Positions 24,201-39,400 of a DNA stretch of 62,000 nucleotides are shown piece after piece. The notes beneath the pieces were generated by a model. It was given only the letters and a program-made list of their open reading frames with translations, searched no databases and was not told the origin of the DNA. Numbering within the stretch: position 1 is the stretch's first letter; each line of letters opens with the position of its first letter. Position numbers and translations under genes: made by a program. Source of the stretch: Diadema setosum (lineage: Eukaryota); the NCBI RefSeq assembly GCF_964275005.1, contig NW_027307649.1:682001-744000 (forward strand), written 5' to 3'.

Positions 24201-27200
24201 CCCACCAACTTTCCAGACCACACCAACTTTCCATCACCGCCACAAAAATACTTCACTGATGCACTTTAGACATGGAAACTAGTCATCATGAATGCAATCA
24301 TATTGAGATCCTGGAATGACTGCCGCATATTTCAATTACCGGAGGTTAGAATGAGTATTGTGTGGGCTGCTTTGATACCTCCAGTCTAGCTCTCATCATG
24401 AAGTATACTGTATATGCTGTCTATTTTGCAAGGTTTTTATTTTCACGAATTTTGTGAATTGGGTGCCATTCCCAAATTTAACAACACTTGAAATTATCAA
24501 CTTTGATTGAGATATGAATGCAACATCCCCATGCTTACAATGTACACTCTATCACTGTACTCCACAGTCGCAAATTTAACCGCTTGCGAAATTATTGGGA
24601 AGTCGCGATACACGAAAAATTGGACTAGTTAAATATATGGCATATACAATATTGCACACTAATGACTCATTTCTTTGAACATGTAGAGGTCACCATCCCA
24701 TGAATGTCCATATTGGTGCATGGGTTGGTCAGTATAAGACTCATCTAGTACACTAATAACAACAGCAATATAACGCTACCAAACAATAGCGTTTTCTGCT
24801 ACAGCATAGACAAGCAATAGTGCATGGTATTTTAAAATTAGTATCAAGGAAGATTACACAGCACTAAAATTCAACCGTTTGAAGCGCTTACCATGTGTCA
24901 GCCTGTCGGCATTGTCAAAGAGAACCCACGAGCCACTCTGGACAGCCCCACACAGCAGCTGACTGGCAATCTCAATACTGGTGTCCACTGCACAGTCAAA
25001 GGTCATCAGATTTTGACCCATGAACTGGACAAAACATTACAAACATAAATTAATAATTTAGTTCTAATTGAATATGATATAGTTGAATTGAATTGAATTG
25101 AATTGAATTGAATTGGATTGCATTGCACTGCATTGAATTGAATTGAATTGAATTGAATTGAATTGAATTGAATTGAATTGAATTGAATTGAATTGAATTG
25201 AATTGAACTGAATTGAATTGAATTGAACTGAACTGAACTGAATGAACTAAACTGAATTAAACCGGTTTGTTTTAATGAGTGCTTGTAACAAGCAAGTAAC
25301 AACGGGACAGACTGCCAAAAGTAATCTCCGTAAGACTAGGCAATCAGCATACAGTGCCTTGCTGAGAGGTACAACCACTGCAGCCAGGTGACTTGAATCA
25401 GAGACCTTGTGATTCACAGTCCATGGTCACTGAAAAACAGCTCCTCTAATGGCAAGGAGCATATCTACAACAGTCTCTATCAACTAAAATCCTTCTCATC
25501 TTGAATACTCTTGTTTCATCTTACTGTATCAGAGTAAAAAGACTGCATCACTAAACAAGAGAAAAAAAGACTACTGAGCAACATGTATACAAAGTTGTTA
25601 CTGTGTTCAAGTGATTTTTGGGCACACTCAAAGTTATTCCTTCTCAGTCTTTTTATTTCATACAGTCTCCTCTATGTGTATTCTTTTTCAGGCCTTCAAA
25701 TGTTCCATTACAGACCCTAACTCAAGAAAATGTAAAGTATAATGATCATTACAGAAACGGAAATGATAAGCAATAGCGCACGCTAAGAGCATGACATACA
25801 TAATGTAGTGTACATATATTAAATTTACTATTAGAACTGGCCTTTTATGTAAGAAACTTTAGCCAAGTCATCAAGTTCAAGCTACAGTTTGTACCTTACA
25901 GACCGTATCTTTCAATTCAATGGTTAATTAGCAGGAGGCATATTAATCATACAGGACACACCAAGAGTTCAACATACACCTGTACATGTAATTTTTGTGC
26001 AATTCAAATACACTAGGACATACTGTATGTACAATGTAGAGTAGCTGACATATTTTCATGTTGTATGGCAAATGACATGTAATATGATGTAAACAAATGC
26101 ACCAAAAATGTGATTTTGATGAAAAAAAAATCTCACCCTGGCGAGATCTTTGATGGTCTCACTCTTGCCCACTCCAGCGGGACCGATGACCGTCCCACAC
26201 TGTCTCTGACGCATGGCGGTGGTCAGGCCGAGGTGGCAGCGGTCAGTGAGAGGGGTGGCCACCAGGCAGGGGGCAGGGCCAAGGTACTCATGGTCATAGG
26301 AGAAGGAGGCCCCCAGCTGGGTCACTTTCAGGGGCCCAAAGGCAAACCCTGTACCTGTAATGGTCCGTGTCCTCGGTCCCAGCCCAGCTTCTGAAAACAC
26401 AGATGCAAAGTTTGAGTCCTGAATTCTAACAAGTTGAATATAATATACCGGGTACTTCGTTCCACAGTGTGTGATTCTGAGTATACATTGTAGCTTTGCC
26501 TGGTAGCTGCTTTCTATAACAACACTCAAAAAGTCCCTCAAAGTCTTTTTACTAAGATTCCCCAAAAGGCAGTTATCATAATGACCTCGTGACAAGCACT
26601 AGTTTGGTTCTGATAAAAGAATGCATTTTCAGTGAGAAAATGAGATTACAGAACGAGAAGAACCTTACATCCACTTGAGACCATTCATCATTAAACATAC
26701 TGTGCTCTACAAATCTACATTTTTGTGCACACTGCTCCTTCATATTGTTTCCACAACTAGGAAGTAAAGCAAAAGTCTGGGGAAAATCACAAGCAATTTC
26801 CCAAGATTCTGCTTGGCAAATCTTTATCTATACACAATACATTGTGATAAACAACACACGGTGCCTTACATGTATATAAAGAGAGTCTGGCCAGCTCGGT
26901 TTTTGGCTTATGAGTTTTGAAGCCTGCGATTGGTCAAATCTAGGGGGGTATTTCAAGAAGCATTTTGTCAGAAATTTTTTCTGACAAATTGTTATAAGCT
27001 ACTGAAATCCTTGTATCTGATTGGCTGAGAGCAAATTTATCTGACAAGTTTGTCAGACAAAAAGCTTCATGAAATGCCCCCTGGTCTTGGGATCTTCATG
27101 GAGCCATGTCGCTGCCAAAGTGTGCTCACACACAATGCCCATTGTTCACTACCCCTCATTCGGCTTGCTTTATGATGTCTGAGCGTACACGCTAACCCTC

Positions 27201-28097
27201 TAATGGGTAATACACGTACGCTGAGTAACAACATACAGTGTAGCATTCAATTTAGCAGTTGGCCAGACTCTCTTTACATACGGCACTTGACAACACCAAA
27301 TGAAGAGCGCCCTCTAATATTCACCTCGAGTGGCCAATCTCTCTGTGGTCATGGAGGCGTCATCGGTTGTGGTCATTATCGACTTCGAGGCCTCACTCTT
27401 CCTCCCCGACTCGGCATCCTGGTCGACCACGGTCTGGGCGCAGAGAACCTCTTTGATGTCCATCTGATAGCGGAGCACGCGACACCAGTCAAAGTCACTG
27501 TCTGACAGCTCACTCTTCTTCAAGAGACCTGCAGTTGAAGAAAGCATTTCGCAAAATTGAAATCACCTTTATATAGATTCCCTCCTCTACTTTTCAATGC
27601 TTTCATTATCATATACATGTATATTCATATTATTCCATTTAACTGTTATAATTTATGGTCCGCTATTCTGAGGGGTCTGGAAGGTGCAGGAGGCATTTAC
27701 AGAAAACATATCAGGAATAAAAAGCTAGAAATATTCAAACAAATTTGATATGAACACTACCCTCTTGCCAAGTGACATCTACGGATCAAATATCATGGAC
27801 ATTAGATAATTTGCATAAGAAAGCCGCTGCCCTCACTTTAATCATAATTACACCTTGAATCTGTGCATGCTGACCATTTGGGGAGGGTGATACTGTGAAA
27901 TGCCATGACAAGATTAGGAAGAGGCTTGAACACTCACCCTCCACGATGTCCCGGTGGTGCATGCCCTGTTCAATGAGGGAAGAGAGCAGGATCTGGAGAC
28001 GGACCTTGGAGTCTGAGGAGGCCTGGTTGTAGCAGTGGTCCCTCAGGATGGAGCTGTACTGCTCCAGTCGCTTCTGGAGATGGTCTCTGCAATAGGG

Positions 28098-28165
<68 letters not shown>

Positions 28166-30395
28166 ATAAATCAATCAATCAATCAATCGATAAATCAATC
28201 AATCGATCAATCAATCAATCAGTCAGTCAGTCAGTCAGTCAGTCAGTCAGTCAATCAATCAATCAATCAATCAATAATCAATCAATCAATCAATCAATCA
28301 ATCACACACTCCATCCATCCATCCATCCATCCATCAATCAATCAGTCAATATCCACTAATTATGACAGTGCAGTATTGAACATATTTATGTACTTCATGA
28401 CAACTATGACTGGAATTACAAGAATAACCATCCATGGTCAACTTTCGATCCAGTCTCCAGTCTAGGTGTCAACATCTACTGGTGTATTGAACACATTAAA
28501 AGTTCAAACACACTAAACAGACAGATAGAACAATTTATATTCAGTTATACTACATACAATTGTACACACACTGTAGTCACACTACATTGTATATCAAAAT
28601 CTATACATACACCACCCAAATGAACATTATATGAGAAATGAACTGACAAAGTGGGCAAGACAATAACCAGGAGGCTTGTACGAATGTCAGATTAACTCTC
28701 AGTGTGCTAATCTGAAAACCCCAAAATTCAGGACATTTTTGGTGTGTCATCTATGGCACAGCAACTAAGAAATGTTTAAACTTTAGAATTGTAATATCAC
28801 CATACTACTGCTGCTCTAGAAATACAACCAATAAACGCACATACGATGTAGCAAATAAAGAGAGAGACATGCTTTACTGCACTATCATCCTATCATTTCT
28901 AAGATTTGCAACTGAGGTATTGTTTTCTTAAAATACATTTATCATATTTTTACAAACTTTTTTTTTACATCAGTGACAGCACACCTTCAAATTTGCAGAA
29001 ATGGTAAGTTGAACATTAGAAAATTATGCAAAACCACTCAGGTGTAAGTTTGTATGAAAATGAGGGAAATCATGATAAGATGTACTTTTAAATTTCAGAA
29101 TATCTGGACTGATGAGGATAAAAAGACACCTGGAGATGAACCCATGAGCAATCAAAGCACAGTCGGGGGTGAAAGCATCATACCTGATCTGAGTGAGGTG
29201 CTTCGCATCGCCCTCCCGGACCACCGGCTGCACCTCCCGGCTCCAGAGGACCCCCTCCCCGGTGACGACGCACTGGGTGGGGAACCGCAGCAGCCAGTCG
29301 GAGAAGCTGGTGCGGACGGCCTTCTTGAGCTGGGCCTGCTCGTCTGGGTCGGCCGACGGGTTATCCTCCAGGGTCTGCAACTCGTCCAAGATGCTGGTGG
29401 GTGTCAGGCCTTGAAATATGATGATGATGATGATGATAACAAACCCAATTTTAATTTTAGTATCATTTCTCACACTTTTAAAGTGAAAACTAAGTTCTGG
29501 TAAGGGCCTGAGAACCCGTCTGACACCATTTCATATTTGCTTGCAATATATCGACAGAGTCTACAAAGAAACTTACCTGGCTGACGCGGTTTGCCGGAAT
29601 GATGAGTTGTTTTGGAGTATTTTGAGAAAAATAATAAAAGTCGGTAGACCAACTTTTATTCGGTAGACCGACTTTTATTCGGTAGACCGACTTTTATTCC
29701 AGAAGGCTCCAGACTAACTCGGTCTCAGGGAAAACTCGACCCTATTTCAGACAATTTACACACAGTTCGTGATCGCCATGTTCATCAGTACTCTATACTA
29801 CGGGTACCAAACGAGGCCTTGATGAGCAGACAGGAAAGTGCGTGCTAATCCTGTACAAAACAAATGGACAGCGCGCGGTCCTCAAGCCTAAATACGCACA
29901 TCACCTCAGTTGCTGAGACGCGCGGTCTTTGAAGTTTTTGTTGTTGTTTATCAAGCGTCTTTGATTGCTTTTAGAGGTGCTTGAGAGGCGCACACTAATT
30001 TTGCATGCGCGCCAAAGAGGTTTTTGATGCGCGCGTTGTAACAACTCGGACCATTACTGCGAGTAGCCAGAACGCTACAATGTAGTTTATACAGGCCGCT
30101 CCCATATGCATAGTACAACGCTGTACAATCCAGAGGGACAACCAATACAACTCATCCTGCCGTCAAGCACAGCGAGACCGAGTTATCCCCGAGTCCGAGT
30201 CTAGCCTGACCCCGTTCGGGTAAGTTCTGAGACTGAACGTTTTTGGTTAATATTTCCCATTTTCGTCGTTACCCATCGAATATCTTGTTATTACAGCGTT
30301 ATTCCGCACATTTCCTAGGCACACGTTCACATTTTGCAGGCATACCAGAACTTTCTTTGGGCTTTAATAGTTGTGGAAAAAATGATTACGATGAA

Positions 30396-30442
<47 letters not shown>

Positions 30443-33400
30443 CGATGTTGATGATGATGATGACAATGACAAAACTGGCTGCAGAACTGCTGCAACACTA
30501 TCATTGATTATAATGCCAGAAATGCTGAAAGTAAGGATATTTTCAATATGATAATTGCTATCATTATAACAATGTATACTATGTGCTAGAAAATACTCAT
30601 GGCAGTGCATGCAATGTACTATTGCACAATGAAAACCTGATGTCATTATCGCATACAAGCACAAAGCAGATGCACGTGTTGATGTACAAAAGAGAAAATA
30701 TAGATTGTTATCAAAATTTCTTTTAGCATACACTTTGTATTTGTTAAGATTTGTATGTCATGTGTCAAATTTGTTAAGCAAAATAAGACATGTCATATGT
30801 TAAGCAAAGTACACTGTATGACATTCCATGAAACCTCTATAATATCTGTAAATTTTAGACAGATTGTCACAATGAATTACAAAATTGGCAGTTAAAAAAA
30901 TGAATAAATTTTATTTTTCATTCATAATGAAAATTTATATTTAATTACAAATGAAGCAGCATACCTTCTCTTAGTCTTGATTCCAGACACGAGTGTAGCA
31001 GGTTGCCCAGGGTGGTTTTGAGGCAATTCTCTAGGCAGGCCAGCCAGACGGGTGGGGAGGATTTGGCTGTGAGGGGTGAGAGGAGGCTCAGCCGCTCACC
31101 GAGCGAACCTTCCACAGCTGTCACTTGCAGCTTGTCAGCTGAGTAAAGTTTCAGAAACAGATTTAGATGAACACTTTTAACAAATGCATTGCAAAAAATC
31201 TTAATACAGTCAACTTTGCTGAAGTCAACCTCACATAAGTCAAATAATTGCCTAAGTCAAAGGACTTTTCAAGTCCTCTCCTCTTTATAGTCTATTGATT
31301 TTAGTTCCTCATATCCGAAGTCGAATTTTCTCTAAGTCGAAGCTATTTCACCAGTCCAAATAGATTCAACTTACATAGGTAAGGTTGACTGTACTACATT
31401 CAATATCTACATCAATAAACAAAAAGGGGGGAAGAAAATAATCTTGCAATGTATCCTTTACACGTAAGGATGCCAATCACACTGTATGACAGTCTGAAAA
31501 TCTACTACAGTGTAGGAGTGTTTTCACTCTCAAAAAGACCTTGAAATTTGATCAACTGGCCTGAATGCATGCTTTCGCGATAAAACTGGCATCCCCTGAC
31601 TATTACAGAACACTCTAAATTTCAAAGCAAATGATTTGTGACAGCATACAGAAATTCAGAAAACAAACAGTCAAACGCATCCTGTACTAAAACATATAAA
31701 CCAAAATAGATCTCCCTACACACTTGTCCCAAATGCATTTTCAAATCAACAAAAACAGCTAATTTTTTTTTTTATTTTGTCACTTGATGTATCCCTCAAC
31801 CAGCTGTCACATAGAAACAGAGGGGAAATACAAATGTAAAACTGACAGAAAGCCCTCCAGAAAAAAATAAAATAAAAATAAAAATAGAATAAAAAAGGAG
31901 AAGAACCAAACACGAGAAACACCAACATTTCCAGAAAGTCTGTCTGTTCACCACCACCAACAAAACACACCTATTGCTCACACCCTTAGCCTGTCCTGAA
32001 CAGCTACAGGGCAGACAACAAAACAAGGCATAATGATGCAGCTAACAGCACCAATCCTCAAATTGCCCTCTTATAGCAACCACTGTCCCTTTAGAGAAAG
32101 ACCCCGCAGAGTTGAAGGAGCACCGTTGAGAAATTCAAAACACCAATATCTCACAAAAGATATGCAACAATTTTTTTCTCCACAAATATGAAAAACAAAC
32201 ACAAAAATATCACCCAGCCTAATAAAAAGTAAAAACAAAAACAAACACCCTTAGACTATCAGTTTTCACCTTCAAACTTGTGTTTCGCTGTTGGAGAATA
32301 TCAATGGTACATAAGAGAATCATTAGAAGGGCTGTTTGAAGAAAAATGACAGAATATCTCCCCTAACTACAAGTTGTATACATTTATAACATACAATGTA
32401 TACCGTATTAGACAATAAAAAATGAGTACAAAGTTAAAAACATCTTATGTGTTAGCTTAGCCTCATACAACAAGCTAATTTGTTAGAATGTTTGATTTAA
32501 GAGAAATACATTTGCATTTCTTCAAGTTAGGCCATATAGATATTCAATATATGGATGGAAAAAATGTCAAAACATGAAATTTTGTACTCTCCCATACCAT
32601 GAGTACTACCAGATCGAGAATCTAAAATTGAGCAGCACAGATATTATGTGAGATCTAAGCAAGCAGCAATGTGCTTGTCTTTCTTCACAAACACTATAAC
32701 ATCTTGCAAAGTCCAGAAATTCACTCTAGAAAGGAGTTCTGGATAATAGAGATCTCACCATTCATCAGCATATCAAAGGCAGTGCCCATTCCAGTGCTGC
32801 TTGTGTTGGTTGGTGCCTCGAAGTCCAGATTACGGACTCCCGGAAAGAGCGCCCTCACGTGGGGGATCCACTTGGGCCTGTCTCGCGACACGGAGAAGAG
32901 GTCGACCAGCTCGTGGTCGCTGAGGAAACAGAGTCGTGGGTACTTGTGGCGGGCCGTTGCCAGGGAGAAGTTGGTAGCCGAGAACGGGTCAAGGTTGGTC
33001 ATAATCTCCTCCTGCAAGGAAAGAATAGATACAGTAAGTATTCCTTCCCATTCTCCTCTTTATTATCATCATCCTCATCATCACCACCATTATCGTCACC
33101 ATCATTGTCATCAACCTCATTGTCACCATCCTCCTCATCATCATCACCCTTACCGTCACCATCATCATCATCGTCTTCAATGTCATCATCATTACCATCA
33201 TCATCATCATCCTTGCCATCCCCATCATCATTATCAACATCATCCTATCATCACCATCATCATTATCAACATTATTACTTCATCACCACTACCAACAGTC
33301 ACTATTATCATCAATGTTAAAACCGTTAACATCATCAGTATCATTATCATCAGCATCATCACTACCACTATTCCTCACTGCTTTTAGAAGAAGGAGGTCA

Positions 33401-36400
33401 AGTATTCATCATCATCACAGCTAATAGTACACTATCATCATCACAACCCTCACAATTATCAGTACTGTCATCATCATCTCTATCAGAAGAAGTGTCCTAC
33501 AACCACTGTTATGCATCTAAATTGTCAAGTATTGAGATCTTTACCTGGTATGCTTTAGAGGGCATTAGAGGGTGCTCTTACACTAAAACCACATGCACAT
33601 TCTAAATCAAACAAAACAACTGATAATCATGCATGATTTTAAATATCCATCAATAACATATTACGATCAGGGCAGAACACAATTTCTTTTTACAATTAAT
33701 TCAACTAATAGATGCAGTTCTGTCATAAAGCTAGAGGGTTAAGATATACATCTACCTGATTCCATGTCTTACTTTTAATAGTCAACTTTCTAAAACTCTG
33801 AGCCAAATATTCAGCCTGCATAAAAAGTCTAATTAATTAAGAGGCACACACATGCATTCATCAAGACAAATAGACAGACACACACATTTACAGACACCTA
33901 CATGCCCACACCAAGGCAGAGACAGAGACACACACACACACAAAACAACAACAAGAATATTTTCCTGAGTTTGATCCACACTGTACAAGTAGCACTTACC
34001 TGTGTCTTGGTGAGAAATTTCAAGAGCTCTGCCAGTACGTCCCCCTGGAGCTCTCGGTAACCTTTGGTTCCTTTTCTCTTGTTGAGGATTGACAGCACTT
34101 TTGGATCTGCCACCACACTTGTAATGAACTCCTGCAAGCATACCATCAAACAAGTGTCAGGAGCGTTCTACATTTACACTCCGCTGTGTATACATACGCA
34201 TGTTATCGTAATCACTAAAATTAAGCAATTACAACATTCAAAAGAAAAGTATTTGAACATTATAAATTTTAACTTCAAAATTATCTTTAAATCACAAACT
34301 ACACATGTTGTGCATGTACATTTGACATTATATGAGTGTACTCTGTTATATGACTACACAAGAAGGCTACGATACAGTTATCATTATAACAATAACCTGT
34401 GACCTTTGACCTTTGACCTCGTGACCCTAAAATCCAAACAAAGTATTATCCCCCCAGGATATACCCTCATACCAAGTTTGACGTAAAACCACCACACGGT
34501 TCTTGAGATATCGACAAAAACAAAACGCGACGGATGGACGGATGACCCGAAAACATAATGCCTCCGGCCACTTCGTTGGCAGAGGCATAAAAAAAGCAAG
34601 TTTGCGACACAGCTTTAGGTCAACTTGAAATTGTTTCTGGTCCATCAATTGGAGTTGACAGGACATAGAGCAGCAAGGGAGCCATACCCCAAAACTCTTC
34701 CACAAATTATTCAAGAAAAGAAATAATGGGAGGCCACTTTTGGTACCTGTGGCTCTCGACCTCACCTGGTACTTCTGGTCCACCATTTCAAAGAGCTGAC
34801 CGAGATCTGGCTGGGCCTCGCCGACCGCCTCATCCGAGAACACCTGACTCAGGTACAGCCACTGATGCACAAAGAGAGAGAATATCAACACAGGTAAAGA
34901 TTGGGATTCATAGGCTTAACTATAGCACATACACCTGTAGTTATTTCTAGTAACTTTTCAGTCAAACTCTTGGATAGTGTATGTCTGTGTGTGTGTTGCA
35001 TGTCCATATTGTGGTGGGCACCATCTCTACTACATGTACCTTAAGAGTGCTCCTCATCAGATCCCCAGGGTTTGGAAAGTATCATTTTACAAAATCCTTT
35101 CACACCCTTGCAATTACCCACTTATACTCCTGACTACAGAGGTGAGATGTTAAAGATACATAAAGGGGATAAAGATATGTTTTGTTCCAGGATTGAAAAG
35201 GTTATTATTAAAGATTTGGACCCTGAACTAGCATATTGCATGTCAAGCCTCAAAACCACTAGACCATGACATATGTGTTGTAGATTGTAGGAAAGCATGA
35301 GTGCTGCTCTCCATTACTCAGTGGTACAATGTATTTCTCTTCATCTATCACGTACTGTTAAGATAGACCTCTGCAGATGGGTTATTACGTAGCATGTCCT
35401 TACAAATGAAATGTTAATATTAATGTTGATCACACCACATTTTCTCTTCAGTTATTTCATTAATGAACATCAAATTGCAAAACTAGGGACTTAGGGCAGT
35501 AAGTGAACTTTCGATCACATGCTGGCTACAATTTTGTGACTGACCATAAGGATAAAACCTTATTTGTGAAATACTTCATACTACATGGTAAAAGCAATGT
35601 ACATTGGAGTACAGTCATTCATTCATGATTTTCTTCATGCAACACACAGAAATATTGACAGTAAAGCATTTTGTCACCTTCTTCTGGCAAACGCTCCAGA
35701 GCTCCACCATATCTCCGACCTGTCTGAGGGTCGACGCCCAGAGGTCAGCCTCGGGTCGAAGGTCAGCTAGGTGGGGTGACACCAGCATGCTCTGAAGGGT
35801 CAGCTGATTGTCCTACATGAGGGAAATATTGGGTAAGGGGGCAAAGAAGCAGAGTCAAAAGGACTGAATTCAGTTTATAGTACCTGTCATAGCAGATATA
35901 CATGAGACAAATATGGACATTACAAAGCACTCTATCAACTCGTTCCATACTGAATTCTGAAATGCCAATAGACTTTATACACAGGCCACTAGGCTCCCGT
36001 ATGAAACGGGTTAAGAACAGAGTCTGGACCAAAGCAACATATCAAACTGAAGTAGTGCACGTACTACGAGAGCCTAGCACCTCCTTGATCAAACAAAAGT
36101 GTATGGTCCTATTATGTTTTGCATGTTTCCTGAAATGCAAATAGCACACACATGTACAGTTGTTACGATGAAAGTAGTGTACAATATGTGTTATGTGTGC
36201 ATACACAAGTTGACTTCAATAAAAAGAATAGAATAGAGTATATTATAAAATGAAAGTGATGGGTACACACACAACTTGTATTTGCTAGTGTTTATGTGTA
36301 TAAGTATATACATGTATGCATACATCTCCCCCTTTTAGATTTCTGCTTGTACAATCCACCCCTATAAAGTACATATTGCCTTTCTGTTCTTTTTTTTTTT

Positions 36401-39400
36401 TTTTTTGATGATTATGTTTTGTACTTTCCATTTGTTGGTTGGGTTTCACTTTCATTTTGTTGCCACATCTTTGTACACCAAGTTAAGGGCTCACTGCTTG
36501 CACAGCCCCCTTCACTCATGCTGTTGCTATTTCACTGTTTTCCTATTCTTCATCCTTTTGTTGTGCCTTATTTTGTTTGATGTTGCCTCCCTATTCATCT
36601 TTATCCTTCACAGGTTGCCCCCTATGATCCTTGGGATCATCACTTGCCCACATCTGCCTTTTGTCTGTTCACCCCCTTGCTTTAATCCCCCTTCCTTACC
36701 TAGCCTGTTTGGCTCCCTGCCATTGACTTCAAACCCACCCCTTTTGTTTTCTTTGTACTGTATCCCTAGCCCTCCTCAGACTGTGCTAGTTGTGGCTAGA
36801 CCTTATCATTGCTTTCCTTACATGTTTGTCATTTTGCCTCTGACAAAGATTCTGCTGGGATCGAAAGCTCAGGCCCCTTTAGACTCCATTTTACTCCACT
36901 GGCTTGCCACTATTGCATAAGCAGTTTTCAGCAGCTTTTTTTTTTTTTTTTTTTCAAACAGTTATATCAGTAACAATCAGATGGGGTGGCACTACCATCA
37001 TCTAACACAGTGACCAGCTAGCTGGCACATACATCTTTGCCAAGTTTCCTCTCTGAAATGAGGCAAAAAAACTTCAACGAAATCTCCTTTCTGTGAAAAA
37101 TTCTATTGAATGAGATTCCATTCTCTCAACATGTACATTTCACGTGCACATACTATCAAAGAAGAATAAATTCTCTAACAAAATGCTCCGCTTTGATTGA
37201 ATCCATCTGAGATCTAAATTTACTCTAGCCTCTCTCTAGCAGACAATCTACATGTTATCAACCTTTTGTTTCCCTCAGGCTTTACTGGTATTTGTTACCT
37301 TGTAACAGAGTTAGGTATTGTACATGTGTACTTATATTAACTTACTAAATTACTGTACACATGACTTGCTTCAGTTATTTACGAATTACTTAGTAATTTA
37401 CTTTGCTAGTTAGTCAGTCAGTTGGCTATCCAGTTAGTCAGTTTAGTGAGTTTAGTTTATAGTCAGTGAGTCAATCAATCAGTCATTCAGTCTGTCAATC
37501 TGTTGGTCTGTTACTCAGTTGTAACAGTGAAATACATTGTACATAATGGACTGTTTTATTACTTAGTCAGTTGGTTAGTTAGTGCACAAAGTTGCTGAGT
37601 TAGTCAATCAGTCAGTTAGTCACTCATTCGGTTAGTCAGTCAGTCAGATGGTCAGTTTAGTCCTATGAATGAGTTAAATACTAGATGATTGGGTTGTTTG
37701 AGGTATCATGATGACATTCTGCGACTTACCTCCAGGAGATACTTGAGCTGATCGATACCAATCAGTGTAAACATGTCCGGCAATGGTTCTGATTTCTTCC
37801 CTTTATTCTTGGAACTGGATTCAAAGTCTGAGTGTGAGATGATGTGAAAATGAAACGATTCTTTTGAGACAAACGTACGTTGTGCACACATTCACAATCA
37901 CAAAACTTTCTTGTTTTCATCTCACTTTTTTCTTCCTCTTTCTTGTCCTTCATTGGTTTTTTTTTTTAACTTGGTTTCTCCATTCAATCTTAACCCTAAA
38001 AAGACTGGGCTATTTTGGTAGCTCGAAAGACTGGGGGGGGCCTAAAGGGCCCCCCTTAAGATCTCGGCCGTGGGTCGCGCAATCGCCGCGGAAATTTGCA
38101 CAATGGTAGTGTGCGATGTAATCTACAAGATCGTATATTTAAATTTTACAAAATAGTCTTCTTTTATTTTATTTTGATTAATTATGCTAATTTATGCGAG
38201 AAATCAGACTCTTTGATCTAAATCAGTAAATAAAGCTCCAAAAGTGCTCATTTTTGGTCAAATTATTCTTTGTGGCATTCTTAGCAAATGTACTTGAAAA
38301 AAAATTCAGTATCAAAATTCATTTCTTATTTATTTTATTGTTTTATGAATTTCTTATGTATTTCTTTTTTTTTTCGACCTTTTTGTTTTTGTTTTTTTTT
38401 TAACAAAATTTGTGGCAGACACTTTTTGAAGCATAATACTCCTAAAACAAATTAATTTTAGCCATTGAGAGTAAAAATAAGCATATTTATATGAACCATG
38501 TGAAAAAACTCAATTTGCATTGACATTGTACACAAAATCACATTTTTGAGCCATTTTCGGCCTCACGTGCATGTACAAAAAGTTATGTAACTTCAGAACC
38601 GTACCCCCGGGCATCACAAATTTGGTGTCAAAATGTGCGGGAAACTCGAAAGAAAAAAGTCATAGAGCATCGCGGCGAGAGCATTGCGTGTTGCAGAGTA
38701 ATCGCGCGAAATGTCGAGAGGGGGCCTTTTAGGCCCCCCCCCCCCCCAGTCTTTTTAGGGTTAAAGCAATAAAGTTTCACAAACTCACCAAAGGTGTCTT
38801 TGCCTGGAGCAATGTACTTGGCCAGTTTGAATTCCTTCTCCTCCCATACTTTTCTCAGCTTGATGAGCTTCTGCTCCAGGTCAAACTCTGCACCGGCGCC
38901 AGCACAGATGGTGTTGATCTGAAGACTGTGCTCGCTGAGGTCATAGGAGAGCAACTCGTGCACATAGTACTGCCGGCCTGGCTCGTAGTTCTGGCCCAGG
39001 GCCAAAAATAGGGCTTTCCAATGTCGGGACTGGGTAAAAAGGAATCGTTAGGCAATGTAAGGAAACAGGACAAGTTCGCACAAGAATTTCCTATGATTTC
39101 TCTGATAAGACAACGGCATGATATCCACTCAAAATATTACCAGATTTAATAGTAAAATGACACAGTTACACTAACTTAAAAGGGCTCTAAGAACAAAGTG
39201 GGCATTTTAACCTGTTGATGACTAGTCCCAAGTATACTTAGGCAGGTGTCTATGGGAAATGCATGTTACAATAAACTCAGCTTGCCTCAACGGGTTAATT
39301 GAAGTGAGAACATTCTCCTCCTGTACTTGTGTTTTGCAACCTCAGTCACACTGTTAGCTCTGATCTAGAATGCATGTCTGTGTGGAGATACAATACTTCA

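Noticed and set aside
36405..36920. 171-aa hydrophobic plus-strand ORF
   Set aside because: Pyrimidine-rich low-complexity intron sequence with no recognisable motif or splice context.
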